Source of the DNA: Blastocladiella emersonii ATCC 22665
Lineage: Eukaryota > Fungi > Blastocladiomycota
Direction of reading: 5' to 3'
NCBI GenBank assembly: GCA_025594325.1
Contig: JANHCV010000002.1
Span: 2,170,001 to 2,234,000, forward strand
DNA: 64,000 nucleotides
Shown here: positions 23,057-34,864 of the stretch, piece by piece
How positions within the stretch are numbered: position 1 is the first letter of the stretch
Layout of the letters: each line of letters begins with the position of its first letter
The notes under the pieces: generated by a model
Told to the model about the DNA's origin: nothing
Database searches by the model: none
Seen by the model: only the letters and a program-made list of their open reading frames with translations
Made by a program: the position numbers and the translations under genes

Positions 23057-25720
23057 ATGAACACGGAGCCCACCAAGAAGCCGCGCATCCTGCACATCAT
23101 CCACACGCTGCCCGTCGAGGTCGTGCTGCTGCCGTCCGCCACGCCCGACCCGCTGCGCGCCCGCGCATCGTCCTCGGCGACGCTCAACCCGCCGCGCCGC
23201 CTCTCGCGCCTGTCGGCCTCGCCCACGCCGCCCGCCGGCTCGCCGGCCGCATCGCCCGCGACCGTGCGGGTTCCCGGCCCGCCGCTCTCAACGGCAGCTG
23301 CGGCACCGGGCGCCGACTCGACGGAGCCGCGCCGGTGGAAGCTCGTCCCGCGCCAGGGCCACCGCGCGCTGTACTCGGGCATCGAGTCGCTGTGCCTCCT
23401 GCCGTCGTCTCCCACCGAGCCAGCGGAGCCCGAGAGCGAGACCTTCGACTGCGCCTTCATCGGTTCCATCGGCACCATCGCCGACGCGGACGGCCGCCCC
23501 ATCGACGCGGCCGCGCTGACGCCCGCCGACCGCGCCTCGCTCGAGACGCTGCTGTGGACCGAGCGCGCGTGCATCCCGGTCTGGCTCGACGACGCGGCGA
23601 CCGCGGCCGGCCACTACGAGGGGTACTGCAAGCGCGTGCTGTGGCCGCTGTTCCACTACATCCCGTGGCCGGGCGGCGTGACCGACGGCCGCCGCGAGGC
23701 CAAGGACTGGGCCGCGTACCAGCGCGTGAACCGCGCCTACGCCGCCGTCGCCGCGGAGCGGTACGCGGACGGCGACCTCGTGTGGGTCCACGACTACCAC
23801 CTGCTGCTCGCGCCCGCCATGCTGCGCGAGATGCTGACGTCCGCCGACGAGACGGCGCGCGCCGACCCGAGTATCGCGCTCTACGTCCACACGCCGTTCC
23901 CGTCGTCGGAAATGTTCCGCAAGCTGCCCACCCGCTCCGAGGTGCTCACGGGGATTCTCGGGGCCACCATCGTCGGCATGCAAAAGTACGAGTACGCGCG
24001 CCACTTCATCTCGGCGTGCACGCGCATCCTCGGCGTCGAGTCCACCCCGACGGGGATCGAGCTCGACGGCCGCCAGATCTCGGTCGCCACCTTCCCGATC
24101 GGCATCGACGTCGCGGAAGCCGACCGGTGCCGCGCGCGCGCGACCGTGTGCGCCAAGGTCGCCGCCCTGCGCACCATGTACGCGGGCAAGCGGATTATCG
24201 TGGGCCGCGACAAGATGGACCAGCTGCCGTCGGTCGTCATGAAGCTGCAAGCGTTTGAGCGGTTCCTCGACCGGTACCCCGAGTGGCGCGACCACGTCGT
24301 GCTGATCCAGATCACGGCGCCCGCCGCGGGCCACCTGCCGCGCGACCCGGCCGCGGCCACGACCGAGGTCAACTCGCTCGAGCGCCGGATCGCCGACCAC
24401 GTCGCCCGCATCAACGGCCGGTTCGGGTCCATGAGCTACACCCCGGTCCTGCACCACTTCAACCGCGCCGTCGACCAGGACGACTTTTACGCGCTGCTCG
24501 GGTGCGCCGACGTCGGCCTCATCACGTCGGTCCGCGGGCTGTCGACCACGTGCCACGAGTTTGTCGTCGCGCAGCAACAGCTCGACGACAACGATCCAAC
24601 CTGGTCCCCGGCACCGCTCATCCTGTCCGAGTTCACCTCGACCGCGGGGTCCCTGTCGTCGGCGCTGCTCGTCAACCCGTTCTCGGCGTCCATGGTCGCC
24701 GAGACGCTCGCGGACGCGCTCGCGATGCCGCGCGACGAGCGCATCAACCGGCACCGCCAGCTGCTCGCGCTCGTGCGCCGGTACACGGCGCCGCGGTGGG
24801 CGCGGTCCGTCGTCGACGCCCTGCGCACCGTCCACGCGCCGCACGCGTTGGCGGCGGCGCGCACGACGCCCGCGCTTGACCGCGACGCGTGTCTTGCCGC
24901 GTTCTCCGGTGCCGCAGGCCGTGGCACGCGGCTGATCCTGCTCGACTACGACGGCACGCTGACGCCGATCGTGAAACTGCCCGAGCTCGCGCGCCCGACG
25001 CCCGTGCTGCTCGACGCTCTGACAAACCTGTGCGCGGACCCGGCGAACCGCGTGTTCGTGATCAGCGGGCGCGACCAGGCGACGCTCGAGGCGTGGCTCG
25101 GGCGCATTCCGCGGCTCGGGCTCAGCGCCGAGCACGGGTGTTTCTTCAAGCCCGCGTACGGCAGCGGTGCGGGCACCTGGCTTGACATGACCGAGGCGCT
25201 CGGCGACCCGTCGGCGTGGAAGGCCGAGGTCGTGGACGTGTTCAACTACTACACGGAGCGCACGCCCGGGTCCTTCATCGAGCACAAGCGGTCGAGTGTG
25301 ACGTGGCACTACCGGCTCGCGGACCCGGCGTTTGGGGCGTTCATGGCCAAGGAGTGCCAGGCCCACATGGAGAACTCGCTCCTCGCCAAGCGCCCGCTCG
25401 AGATCATGGTCGGTAAGAAGAACCTCGAGGTCCGGCCGTCCGTCGTGAACAAGGGCGAGGTCGTCAACCGGCTGCTCGCGGCCGCGACTGATGATGCGGC
25501 TACCGCGCCCGCGTTCGTCCTGTGCGCGGGTGATGATCGCACGGACGAGGACATGTTCCGCGCGCTCCGCCGCGCCCGCGAAGAGGATGGCGACGCGCTC
25601 GCGGCGTTCTCGGTGACGGTCGGGCCAGCGACGAAGCGCACCGTCGCCGACTGGCACCTCGCTGCGCCACAGCTCGTTGTCGACCTGCTTCGCGACCTCG
25701 CTGCCGCGTCTTCTCAGTAA
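23057..25720 (+). CDS. TPS2: Trehalose-6-phosphate phosphatase (GT20-like domain + HAD phosphatase), intronless, 887 aa
   Basis: GT20 motifs: HYEGYCKRVLWPLFHY, WVHDYHLLL, HTPFPSSE. HAD motifs: LILLDYDGTLTP, ISGRD, SAEHG, GKKNLEVRP, AGDDRTDEDMF. The synthase acceptor motif is degenerate (VRGLSTTCHE for RDGMNLV.E), as expected for Tps2. Confidence 0.9.
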   Translation: MNTEPTKKPRILHIIHTLPVEVVLLPSATPDPLRARASSSATLNPPRRLSRLSASPTPPAGSPAASPATVRVPGPPLSTAAAAPGADSTEPRRWKLVPRQGHRALYSGIESLCLLPSSPTEPAEPESETFDCAFIGSIGTIADADGRPIDAAALTPADRASLETLLWTERACIPVWLDDAATAAGHYEGYCKRVLWPLFHYIPWPGGVTDGRREAKDWAAYQRVNRAYAAVAAERYADGDLVWVHDYHLLLAPAMLREMLTSADETARADPSIALYVHTPFPSSEMFRKLPTRSEVLTGILGATIVGMQKYEYARHFISACTRILGVESTPTGIELDGRQISVATFPIGIDVAEADRCRARATVCAKVAALRTMYAGKRIIVGRDKMDQLPSVVMKLQAFERFLDRYPEWRDHVVLIQITAPAAGHLPRDPAAATTEVNSLERRIADHVARINGRFGSMSYTPVLHHFNRAVDQDDFYALLGCADVGLITSVRGLSTTCHEFVVAQQQLDDNDPTWSPAPLILSEFTSTAGSLSSALLVNPFSASMVAETLADALAMPRDERINRHRQLLALVRRYTAPRWARSVVDALRTVHAPHALAAARTTPALDRDACLAAFSGAAGRGTRLILLDYDGTLTPIVKLPELARPTPVLLDALTNLCADPANRVFVISGRDQATLEAWLGRIPRLGLSAEHGCFFKPAYGSGAGTWLDMTEALGDPSAWKAEVVDVFNYYTERTPGSFIEHKRSSVTWHYRLADPAFGAFMAKECQAHMENSLLAKRPLEIMVGKKNLEVRPSVVNKGEVVNRLLAAATDDAATAPAFVLCAGDDRTDEDMFRALRRAREEDGDALAAFSVTVGPATKRTVADWHLAAPQLVVDLLRDLAAASSQ

Positions 25721-25912
25721 TACACCCTAGCAGTTTTGGCACCCATTGACGTGGCCGCGTACACCGGAAGGCACAGGGACCCTCAACAGTCGTTGGTCAG
25801 CAGGCGCGATGCGAGGCGGGGCGCGTGGCGCCACACTTTCTTTCCTCGTGGGCCCTTCCATCGCCCCGTCGACTCGATTCCGCTTCTCTCTCTCTCCCTC
25901 ACCGCTCACTGA

Positions 25913-27453
25913 ATGAAGCCCATGTCAACATCATCTTCAACGGAACCCGCTGCAACGACGGCCGCCGACGTCGCCATGACCCGCGTCGCCTCGCCAACAC
26001 CTGCGTCGCCACCGCCGCAGGCTCCGGCGGAAGAACCCCCAACCGTCGTCCCTGCGCCGTCCGCCGCCGCGCTCGACCTGGACCCGCCATCTTCTTCGTT
26101 ACCGCGTACCGCCTCGCCCAAACCCACCACCGCCGATGACTTGACGTCCGCCACCGCTGCCGCGCTGGGTGTCGTCGCCGCCTCGGCCTCCTCGTCGCTC
26201 AACCGCGGCGGGTACGACAGCCGGCGGTCGTCGCTCGCGCGGCTCACGACCGAGTCGCGCCACGCGTCGCTGGTGCGCGGACTTTCGAGCGGCCCGCCGC
26301 CGCCGCCGCGTGGACCGCCCGCGCGCACGGACTCGGTCGCGACCACGCTGTCGATGCGGTCGACGCGCACGACGACGGGTGGCGGCGGCGGGTTGCGGGT
26401 GCGGCCGGCTGCCATGAGTACGGTTACTGCGCTATCCAGCGGTGGAAGAGTCTAACGCTCGCTCCGCGTAGTTTCGAACCCCAACGCGCGCCGCGCGCAC
26501 GAGAACATGGCGTCGATCATCGCGAGCTCGTGGACCGCGTCGAAGTGGACGACGAAGGCCGTGATCATCTTCAACTGGCTCGTGTGGGCGCTGTTCGTCG
26601 CTTTGCCGCTCGCCGGCGTGGTTGTCGGCGCGCAGCAGGCGCCCAACGTGCCCGACGTCGAGTGGAAGAAGGGTACCTGCCAGACGTATATGAACCTCAA
26701 CATCGTCATGACCATCAAGGGCGCGATTGTGCTCGGATTGTTCCCGCTGTTCGCGCGGTCCAAGCTGCGCGAGGACCGCGGGGAAGAGTACAAGTTGACC
26801 AAGTGGTACAAGGCGTGGGACAAGTACGGTTTCTTGCACTCAGTCGCTGGCCACGGAACTCTCACTGCGCGACGTGTAGCATTACGTCGTCCTGCTCGAC
26901 CGCCGAGTTCGTCACGGTGATCTTCGCCATCATCACGCTGGGCCGCACCGACACGTGCGCGGGCGCGCCCGCCCTGCGCCAAATGACGCTCGGCTGGGTC
27001 ATCTCGTACGGCATCGTGATCGCGCTGCCGCTCCTCGGCTTCCTCCTCGCCTTCCTGTGCATGCCGCTCATCATCTTCTTCGTCCTGCGCGCCGCGCGCG
27101 CCGCCGAGGCCCGCGCCGCGGAAGAAGCCAAGTTCCCGACCGACCTCTTCGACAAGCTCACCGTGTGCAAGTTCGTCCCGGGCACCGCCGACGACACGCA
27201 CCCGGCGCCGAATGCGGAGGGGGAGATCGCGATTGCCCCCGAGGATGCAACGTGCGCGATTTGTATCGACGAGTACCAGCCCGGGGATGATCTGGTCTAT
27301 CTGCCGTGCAAGCACGCGTTCCACGACGCGTGTCTCCGCGAGTGGCTCGAGATCTCCAAGCTGTGTCCGCTGTGTAAGGCCGATATCGCGACGGGGATCA
27401 CGGGCGAGGGACCGGCGGAGGCGGCGGCGGAGGTGGGGGAGGCGAACGCGTGA
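25913..27453 (+). CDS. Multi-pass membrane RING-H2 E3 ubiquitin ligase
   Basis: Introns 26418-26471 and 26824-26879 join three ORFs in frame. Several hydrophobic helices; C-terminal CAICIDEYQPGDDLVYLPCKHAFHDACLREWLEISKLCPLC. Confidence 0.85.
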
Positions 27454-30400
27454 GACTGAGACTGGTGGATGTGTATACCGATACAATCGTTTTTGGACTC
27501 GATACATTGTGCCACGTGAGTGGATACGGATGTGAGCGCCGTACGAAACTCGACGTCGGTGCGCGGCGAGGGCAGGAAGTCGGAACGGTCGCGTTGCGCC
27601 ACGCGGGTCTCAGCACTTCGCCGACCCCGCCGCCAACGCAGGCTCCCCGCGATGTAGCGATACGTCGACCCACCATGTATCTTATGAACTAGAACAACTT
27701 GCTGCAATCAGTTTATGCCGCTTGTCTGAACCTTGCGAGCATGTCCGCGACCTGGTGTCACTCCCTTCGCCGCGCTGCTATGGTGCGTCCCTCCAGCTTG
27801 CACCGCTGCACCCCGGCTTCTTGACTGTGCCTCTCGCCTACCAGATCCCGCGACCGACTGCTTTCATTACGCACGGATGTCTGACACCCACGGGATCGCT
27901 TTCGCTGAGTAGACCAGAGTTAGTGCGCGTGTGTGAGGCGTGTCCGGTTGCCTCGCTCGTCTTGAATCCGGAAACGGCGCTGTTGCAGACTCGTTTCCCG
28001 TCACTTTGGACCGGCAGCGTCGGCTTCATTGAGTTCCACGCTTTTTTACTCGACAGTAAGCGCACGACTTCGGCATCTACTCTGGGGTGTGATCCCAGTA
28101 GACTTTGGTTCCTTGCGAGACAGCAGGATTCGTGGCGACTTCGTCTGCTGGACTCACAAGATAATCAATGTCACCGTGCCAACGCCCTCACTCAACCAGG
28201 GCTTCGAGGACCAATCGAGTTCTCATCGCAAGTTTAACAAGGAACCCCCTTCACGCAGCCTACACGGCCTTTTCTGCACGTTATGCACTTTATGCGGTGC
28301 GGCCCGAACTTCTTCGTCCCCGTCACACGCCATATTTCTGCCTCAGCTCGGCATCGCGGCGCTCCGGATCCGGTCCATGATCCCGCGCACGCACTGACCT
28401 TCACACGCGCTTGAGAGCGGCTCGGCCGACTCGCGAATGCTTTGCTCTTCTCGTCCGTGATGCAGCCGGGGTAGGGCGACGCGTTGCCCTTCGCCCCGCG
28501 TCCCAGCCTTGGGATTGAGCGCGAGATTCGCGTTTCTCGTCGCTGCTGCATTGTGCCGAGGGCACTGGCGGTGCCGCGGTGTTGGCCTCCGCTCTCGGAT
28601 TCGTCACAGGCCATGAAGTGCGTGCGCGGAGTCGTGGACCCCATACAATGTGTCTGGATCCGAATCATAGCGTGGCATGGCGACGACTTGACCAAAGTGA
28701 GCGAGCCGCGAGGAAAGTCTCATTGAGCGAGAGTGCTGCCCCGATCTCCAAAACGGCGGGGAGCGTTAAGTCGGAAAACACGTCGTTCGAGCGTGAGACG
28801 CGTTGCGCCACTCAGCTGACGCGCCAGCGAGGCCCAACGTGAGTCAGAGCACAGCGCGCGGCGCCGACTTTCCCCGCGCCCACAACGCTCGCACAATGTA
28901 ACGCTGATGACACCTTAAACTTGGAACGACTTGCTGCATTACGTTGCCCAGGTCGACTTGGTTATGGGCTGCTAGCCAGAGGAGCTCGTCACAGTGCTCG
29001 CCTCGCCACGACTCTCAACATAGGTTGCTGTTTTCCGGTGTTGCAACACGCTTTTGCAAGGCAGGTTATGAGGAGAAGACTAGGGTGTAAACGAGAGCAG
29101 CATGTTGCAGTGCACGTCGGACATTTCGCCAAAATTCCCACGATCACGCTCATGCTCGCAAGTGTAACGAACGCCCGTGATCCAGCTGTTTTTGCTACCG
29201 CACAACCAGCCGCCGCTCAGACCCGATCACTTTGCACTCTTGTTCTGGGACTCTCGCGTCTGTCGATTACGGCCTCAACATTGACGCGCGTTTCACGGCA
29301 CGCTCGAGGCGCGTCCTATCGCTTACCAAGCTCGCTGAAGCGCGTCGACGCGACGCGAATCCTTCCCAACCAGCATTGCTTCGCTCTCGAAAGCCTATTC
29401 TGACATTCCCGATCGGCAAGGTCAAGGAGCCCCAATCACGCCAGTGTCAATACGGCGCGTATCCTTCCCAACCAGCGACGCTTCGCCCTCAAAAACACCC
29501 CTGCTATCCGCACTCGGTAAACTTAAGGAATCTAAATCACGCCGGATTCATTGACCGACGAGACATGTTCCGACTCGCTGGGCTGCACAGTTGGAGCAAG
29601 TTTATCAGGCATGGCCCGCGCGATCGCCATGAAAAGGCCGCGTCGCTCGTGCGAGCCGCGCCCCATCGACCCCTGCTCCTGCTGCTGCATTCGTTTGTGA
29701 CGGTCCCGGGGTGATCGAATCGAGTCGGCACGACGGCTGGGCCGCAGCAATATACGGAATGGTTTGAGGCTTGAAAATTGCGTTCCGCGCTGTCTCCGCG
29801 ATGCATCCAAGATCCCTGGCGGGAGAACCATCCCACGCTTGGGCGCACCAAGGAGCGCCGTTCGGGATTCCACGTCAAGAAAAACACTGGTTCGCGTCGG
29901 ACGAGCGAGTCTCCCCTGCCGCCCGAGCCCCGGGGATTAGCGTTTGCCGAGCGACGCGTGGCGGACCAAGCGGGGGATGGGCCATGGCCGCCGACGCGCG
30001 GCCTACGGCGGCGAGGAAAGCGAGGGTGAGCGCGGCAAGCACGGACAGCGCGGGCGCGCCGCGGTAGGGCTTGGTCGCGGCAGTGGGATGTGCGTAATGT
30101 GGCATCTCGGTCGCGGATAGATGCGGGTGAGGCAAGGCCGAGCGGAAGTGCGCCCAGCGTGGTCGCTACATGTACGCGCGGGGCCCTCGGAGACTGCGCC
30201 GTGGGCCTCGGATACGGCCGGCGGGCCGCGGATAAACACGGCCCCGGCGAGGGCGGCGTCCCCGACCCTGGCCTGAAGCCGCGGTGTCACCGGGGTAAAC
30301 GCAAACGGTAGCCCGTCGCGGCAGTCGCAGCGTCAGCGTGTTCTACGCCGGCGCGGTCCGGGTGTTCATGGCAAGCGGTGCAGCATCAGTTGCATGGAGT

Positions 30401-30550
30401 GCCTCGGTCTCGAACGCGCGAGCCCGCGTTGAGGCGTGAACCGAGTGTGAGCGGCGGCGAGCTGAGCGGCGAGCGAGGAAAGCTGGAACACTCGCGCCCC
30501 TCGACATATGATATCGCGACGCGTCGCATAGCGAAGCGAGCAGCGGCCAG

Positions 30551-30707
30551 CTACTTGCAGATCGAGACCCCAGCGTCCGCCTTCTTGTCGCACTGGCCCT
30601 CGCGCCCGTCGACGGTGGTCCGGTACAACCCGTATTGCGAGCAGCACAGGCCGTTGAGGCACAGCCGGGTCGCGGAGCAACGCCATACGGCCGCGGGCAG
30701 CGTGCAA
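30551..30707 (-). pseudogene. Relic exon of a hevein/CBM18 chitin-binding domain
   Basis: CSATRLCLNGLCCSQYGLYRTTVD versus the hevein core CPNGLCCSQYG(Y/W)CGTT; the Cys and Gly after YG are lost. Preceded by a CAG acceptor at 30708-30710. Confidence 0.55.
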
Positions 30708-31650
30708 CTGTGGGCCAGAACGAGCACGTCAACCGGAGTGATAGCGCATGCGTAACACTCTTGTTTGCAAGCTATCGCAAAGGGGAAGGTTGGTTTGCGT
30801 TCAACCGCTCGACACGGAGGCGCCGGGCGCGACCTGTGCTCGTGGCTGGTCCGCCCCACGCGTCCCGATATCACGCCATTCTCACCTGATCGACGGGGTG
30901 TGGCGCAGCGCGTCCGTTCGAGGCGCACGTAGCCCTGCTCAAAGTGGAAACCTAGAGGGTTTGAAGTAGGAGCTACGAGCAGCAATCGGATCCGCGCGCG
31001 CAAGTGGAAGCAACAGTCGCGAACGGGAGCGATGGCCAAGACGGGAAGGCATCGATCCCCTGGAGCGTGCTGGGTCCAGACTGCGTCGGATCCGCTGAAC
31101 CGCAAATCAAAATAGGCAGGTGGAGCCGGGAGCAGCACACGCGAACGGGCGACGCGGCGGCCACAACTGGGAGCGAACGTCAAGCTGGGAGCCATTGCTC
31201 GGTTCGTGAGCTGGGCAACTTCGGAGGCGGCCGCTCGCTCCGGACTCAAGCAAGTGACACTCCTCGCTCCGTTGCGTGATCCGCTGCGCTTCCCAACCGA
31301 GGATCTGGGAGCTCCACAACGCACAAGCCCCTACCTTCCGATCGCGTTCTCAACGAGTGCACGCAGGGAAAGAGGAGCCAGCTCGATCCAGAGCCAGGCC
31401 ATGGATCTAACCTCGCGTGGTGCCGATCGGCCAAGCACGCTCCTGCCTTCGCGTCGCGCAGGTTGCCGTGTTGCGAGCAGCGGTTCTTGGTTCCCGTGGC
31501 ATCCGCGCCGCGTCGTCTCGTCAGCGGCGACGGCCTCCGCTGATTAATAGTTGCCGCCGCCCCGCTCCCTCCTCTCGACTCGACAGCGGCGAGCAGCAAC
31601 TTCTCCTCCCTCCCCTTCCCCGACCCTTCCCCCAAGAACCCTCTTCCACC

Positions 31651-32424
31651 ATGACTGGCTACGGCTACGGCAACGAATCGTGCAACTCGGGCTATGGCGG
31701 CGACTCGTATAACTCGGGCTACGGCGGCGACAGCTACGGCTCGGGCTACGGCGGCGACAGCTACGGCTCGGGCTACGGCGGCGATTCCTACGGCTCGGGC
31801 TACTACGGCGACGACTCGTACGGCTCGGGCTATGGCGGCGACTCGTACAACTCGGGCTATGGCGGCGACTCGTACAACTCGGGCTATGGCGGCGACTCGT
31901 ATAACTCGGGCTACTACGGCGGCGACTCGTACAACTCGGGCTATGGCGGCGACTCATACAACTCGGGCTATGGCGGCGACTCGTACAACTCGGGCTATGG
32001 CGGCGACTCGTATAACTCGGGCTACGGCGGCGACAGCTACAGCTCGGGCTACGGCGGCGATTCCTACGGCTCGGGCTACGGCGGCGACAGCTACGGCTCG
32101 GGTTATGGCGGTGACTCGGGCTACGGCGGCGACTCGTACGGCTCGGGATACGGCGGCGATGGCAGCTACGACTCGGGCTACTACGGCGGTGACTCGGGTT
32201 ACGCCTACGACTCGAGCTACTACAGCAGCGGCGACGGCTACGGCTACGACTCGAGCTACTACAGCAGCAGTGACGGCTACGGCTACGACTCGGGCTACTA
32301 CAGCAGCGGCGACGGCTACGGCTACGATTCGGGCTACTACGGTGGCGGCGATTCGTACGATTCGGGCTACTACGGCGGTGACTCGTATGGTTCCGGCTCG
32401 TACGGCGACGGCTGCTGCAACTAG
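31651..32424 (+). CDS. Gly/Tyr/Ser/Asp-rich tandem-repeat protein (257 aa), (SGYGGDSY[N/G])n, ending GDGCCN
   Basis: ATG follows a pyrimidine-rich leader. The frame is uninterrupted and built from 27-nt units with occasional 30-nt YY variants; variation falls mostly at synonymous positions (tat/tac, ggt/ggc, tcg/agc/tcc). Confidence 0.75.
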   Translation: MTGYGYGNESCNSGYGGDSYNSGYGGDSYGSGYGGDSYGSGYGGDSYGSGYYGDDSYGSGYGGDSYNSGYGGDSYNSGYGGDSYNSGYYGGDSYNSGYGGDSYNSGYGGDSYNSGYGGDSYNSGYGGDSYSSGYGGDSYGSGYGGDSYGSGYGGDSGYGGDSYGSGYGGDGSYDSGYYGGDSGYAYDSSYYSSGDGYGYDSSYYSSSDGYGYDSGYYSSGDGYGYDSGYYGGGDSYDSGYYGGDSYGSGSYGDGCCN

Positions 32425-33091
32425 TCGCTTCCTGGCCAAGGCGGCTGGTCCCGCGTGCTTCTCGATTGTCCTCGCCCTCTGTTCTCGCTCACCCGCCCTC
32501 CCTTCTTACTTTGTCCTTCATTCCTCGATTGAAATAAGTCGCACCTTTTGTTGACTTCAAACAATATGTCTGATCCGCGAGACAATCCAATCAATGACTG
32601 AGACGGTGGCCGACGAGCAGGTCGTGCGCGACTCTGCCGCCGCCAGCAAAACAGTTGAACAGCTCGCTGGTTAGCTAGTATCAGTGAAGAAGACATCGCT
32701 AGTATCCCGTTCAGTTACTCGAAGGAGTGCTACTCGCACAGTTTGCAGTCAGTGGCGACTGAGAGCCGTTTCAGAGCTTCAACGGCTGAGCGGGCACAAG
32801 GTCCCGCGCAAGGTGACCTCGCACGCGGCTGCTTCGAGATCTGCTCAGCGAGGGCTCTTTCAGGGTGTCTGCGTGAACTTCTACGACGCGTGCGTGCGAG
32901 CTCGAGGTCGCGGGATACGTGTCGCGAGAGACGCGTCGATCAAACACGTGAGGGGTGAGACATAATTCTTGACGTGGCGGCGTCGATTCGACAGGCAACC
33001 TCTCCCTTACAACGGCCCGCTGTGTACACTACGAAGCAAATGACTCCATGCATTACACTGACAGACGGTCGCACGTGGTCGGGATGAGTTT

Positions 33092-33770
33092 TCACGTCAG
33101 CGGCACCACGACGCTGAGCTCGAACCACCTGTCCACGCTGGGCTCGCCTGCCGTGGACTGCGGCATGACCTCGACGCGCCCGCTCGCGCGTTGCACCATC
33201 TTATTCAGCGCCGCGTACGTCAGGCTGACGTTCCCGAACCCAGACCCGCGCGAGCCGAGCGACAGGTTGAGGCCGGCGCCCGGATCGGCGACACAGTCGC
33301 AGTTGAGCTGTTGAAGCGCGACTGCCGACAGGACCGTACGACTGAGGCGAGCCGAAAGCGTGAGCTCGGGCTTGTGCTTCGCGGAGCGTTCCGGGTCCGC
33401 TATCGATGGGACGGGGCCCAACGTGGCCGCGATCTGGCATTGCGCCTGCGGCTAATAATGTGAAGCGACGTCAGGATGTGGATTAGTTAGGATCTTCCGC
33501 AACCGTAACGAGGCCAATCAGCAACACGAGGGACATCCCGACGGCAGGCAGCGTGCGCGGCGACTGTGTCGAGCGGCGGCCGATGCGGCCCAGCCACCCA
33601 ATGGTGCGGCCGCGGTACTGGCGCCAGTTGATCTTGCGGAAGGCCACGGCATCGTGGAGCGAGGGCGGGTCGTCGTCGCCGCCCGCATCCGGCTGCGCGA
33701 GGGTCCACAGCTCGAGGCCGGGCAGTGTTGTGCGAGTTTCTTCGCCAGCTGGGCGGTTTGCTGCTGACAT
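33092..33770 (-). pseudogene. Internally deleted copy (A) of the CHASE-PAS pseudo-histidine-kinase gene: only exon 1 and the C-terminal about 100 codons remain
   Basis: The N-terminus (LELWTLA..NWRQYRGR..SPRTLPAVGMSLVLLIGL) and C-terminus (LTLSARLSRT..LSLGSRGSGFGNVSLT..WFELSVVVPLT*) match copy C. The first splice donor reads TTACGG instead of GTAC. Confidence 0.85.
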
Positions 33771-33969
33771 GTTCAGGCAAATGCGGCAATCGACGAGGTG
33801 GGTAAGGACGTGAAATAAGCAGCAGGCGGCAGCGGCTGCAGGAAATCGGGTGCGCAGTCCGTGGACGCTGGCGAATCGACGCGTCGCTCAATCGGCGGAG
33901 GGCCACCTGACCGCCGCTTCCCTTGATGTCAAAGCAACTTCGTATCGTACCGAGTTGAGACCTGGTGCA

Positions 33970-34864
33970 AACTAGCAGCTAGTTGACGTCGAAGAGGTTG
34001 GTGATGTTGGGAGGGTGGTGTCAGTTCGCCACCAGGGCTCATTACCGCGAGCTTGAATATGGGTTGTTCTGCCGCTCTCTGGTTCTCGCCTGCTCAACCT
34101 CGACAGCTCGAACGGTTGCGCAAAAGGGGCCCAAGAAGATTCTTCGGGTGTGACCATTGCGGGGACCCAGCCGGTCAGCTCTCATTGTTACCGAGCAGCA
34201 TGATCTGCGCTGTCGCTCCTATCCGCGCCGCACTTCCTCGCGCGAAAGCGGACGCATTGCGCCACTCACGTGTGTTCCCTTTACGCGACGCGCCACACAG
34301 TTACCGCGGGAGTGAACGAATCCTCCATTAGACAGCGTAAATGAGCCCATGATTTCGTTTATCGTTGCGAGGGCACCTCAATCAGATGATCTATGACAGC
34401 TCCAAGTCGATAGGGAGAGTGTTTGCACGATGATTGCGGCGGTCCACAGCGAGAATCATGGCTGCCCCTTCCTGCGTTACAGCCGTGGAATGCAAGTCGA
34501 TCTCCTTCGTAATGACCTGTAGCTGTTCTGCGAGCAGCTTGGCACCGGCGTCGGCGATGCGGTTGCCCAAAAAGTCGATCTCGGCCAGTGACGCTGGCAG
34601 CAGGGGCGCAATCCAGAGAGCTTAGAGCGAGTCCGAAAGCGCGCGAACCAGAGCACAGCGGGCCTCGGTCAAACCTTCAAGAGAGACAAACGACTTCAGG
34701 GTCGGTGGCGGGGTGGACTCGAGGATCTCAAACGCCGTCGCGATGTGAAATTGAGAAAACGCGAGAGATATGTATCGGAAGCGATCGATGTCTCCGTATC
34801 CGACGAAACAGAGGAGTAATGCACGGTCGCTCGTTGATTGTTCGTTCAAATGGGCCGGTGACAT
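33970..34864 (-). pseudogene. Leucine-rich-repeat (RI-like) gene relic
   Basis: The frame reads ..ALSDSL*ALWIAPLLPASLAEIDFLGNRIADAGAKLLAEQL..KEIDLHSTAVTQEGAAMI.. (LxxLxLxxNxIxDxGAxxLA pattern) with in-frame stops. Boundaries are approximate. Confidence 0.5.

Noticed and set aside
30973-31164. TLQGIDAFPSW resembling a glycoside hydrolase family 71 motif near the hevein relic
   Set aside because: A five-residue match in a short stop-bounded frame is within chance.
31651-32424. Ice-nucleation protein (GYG motif resemblance)
   Set aside because: The period is 9-10 residues rather than the 16-residue AGYGSTxTA unit, Thr ladders are absent, and there are no flanking INP domains.
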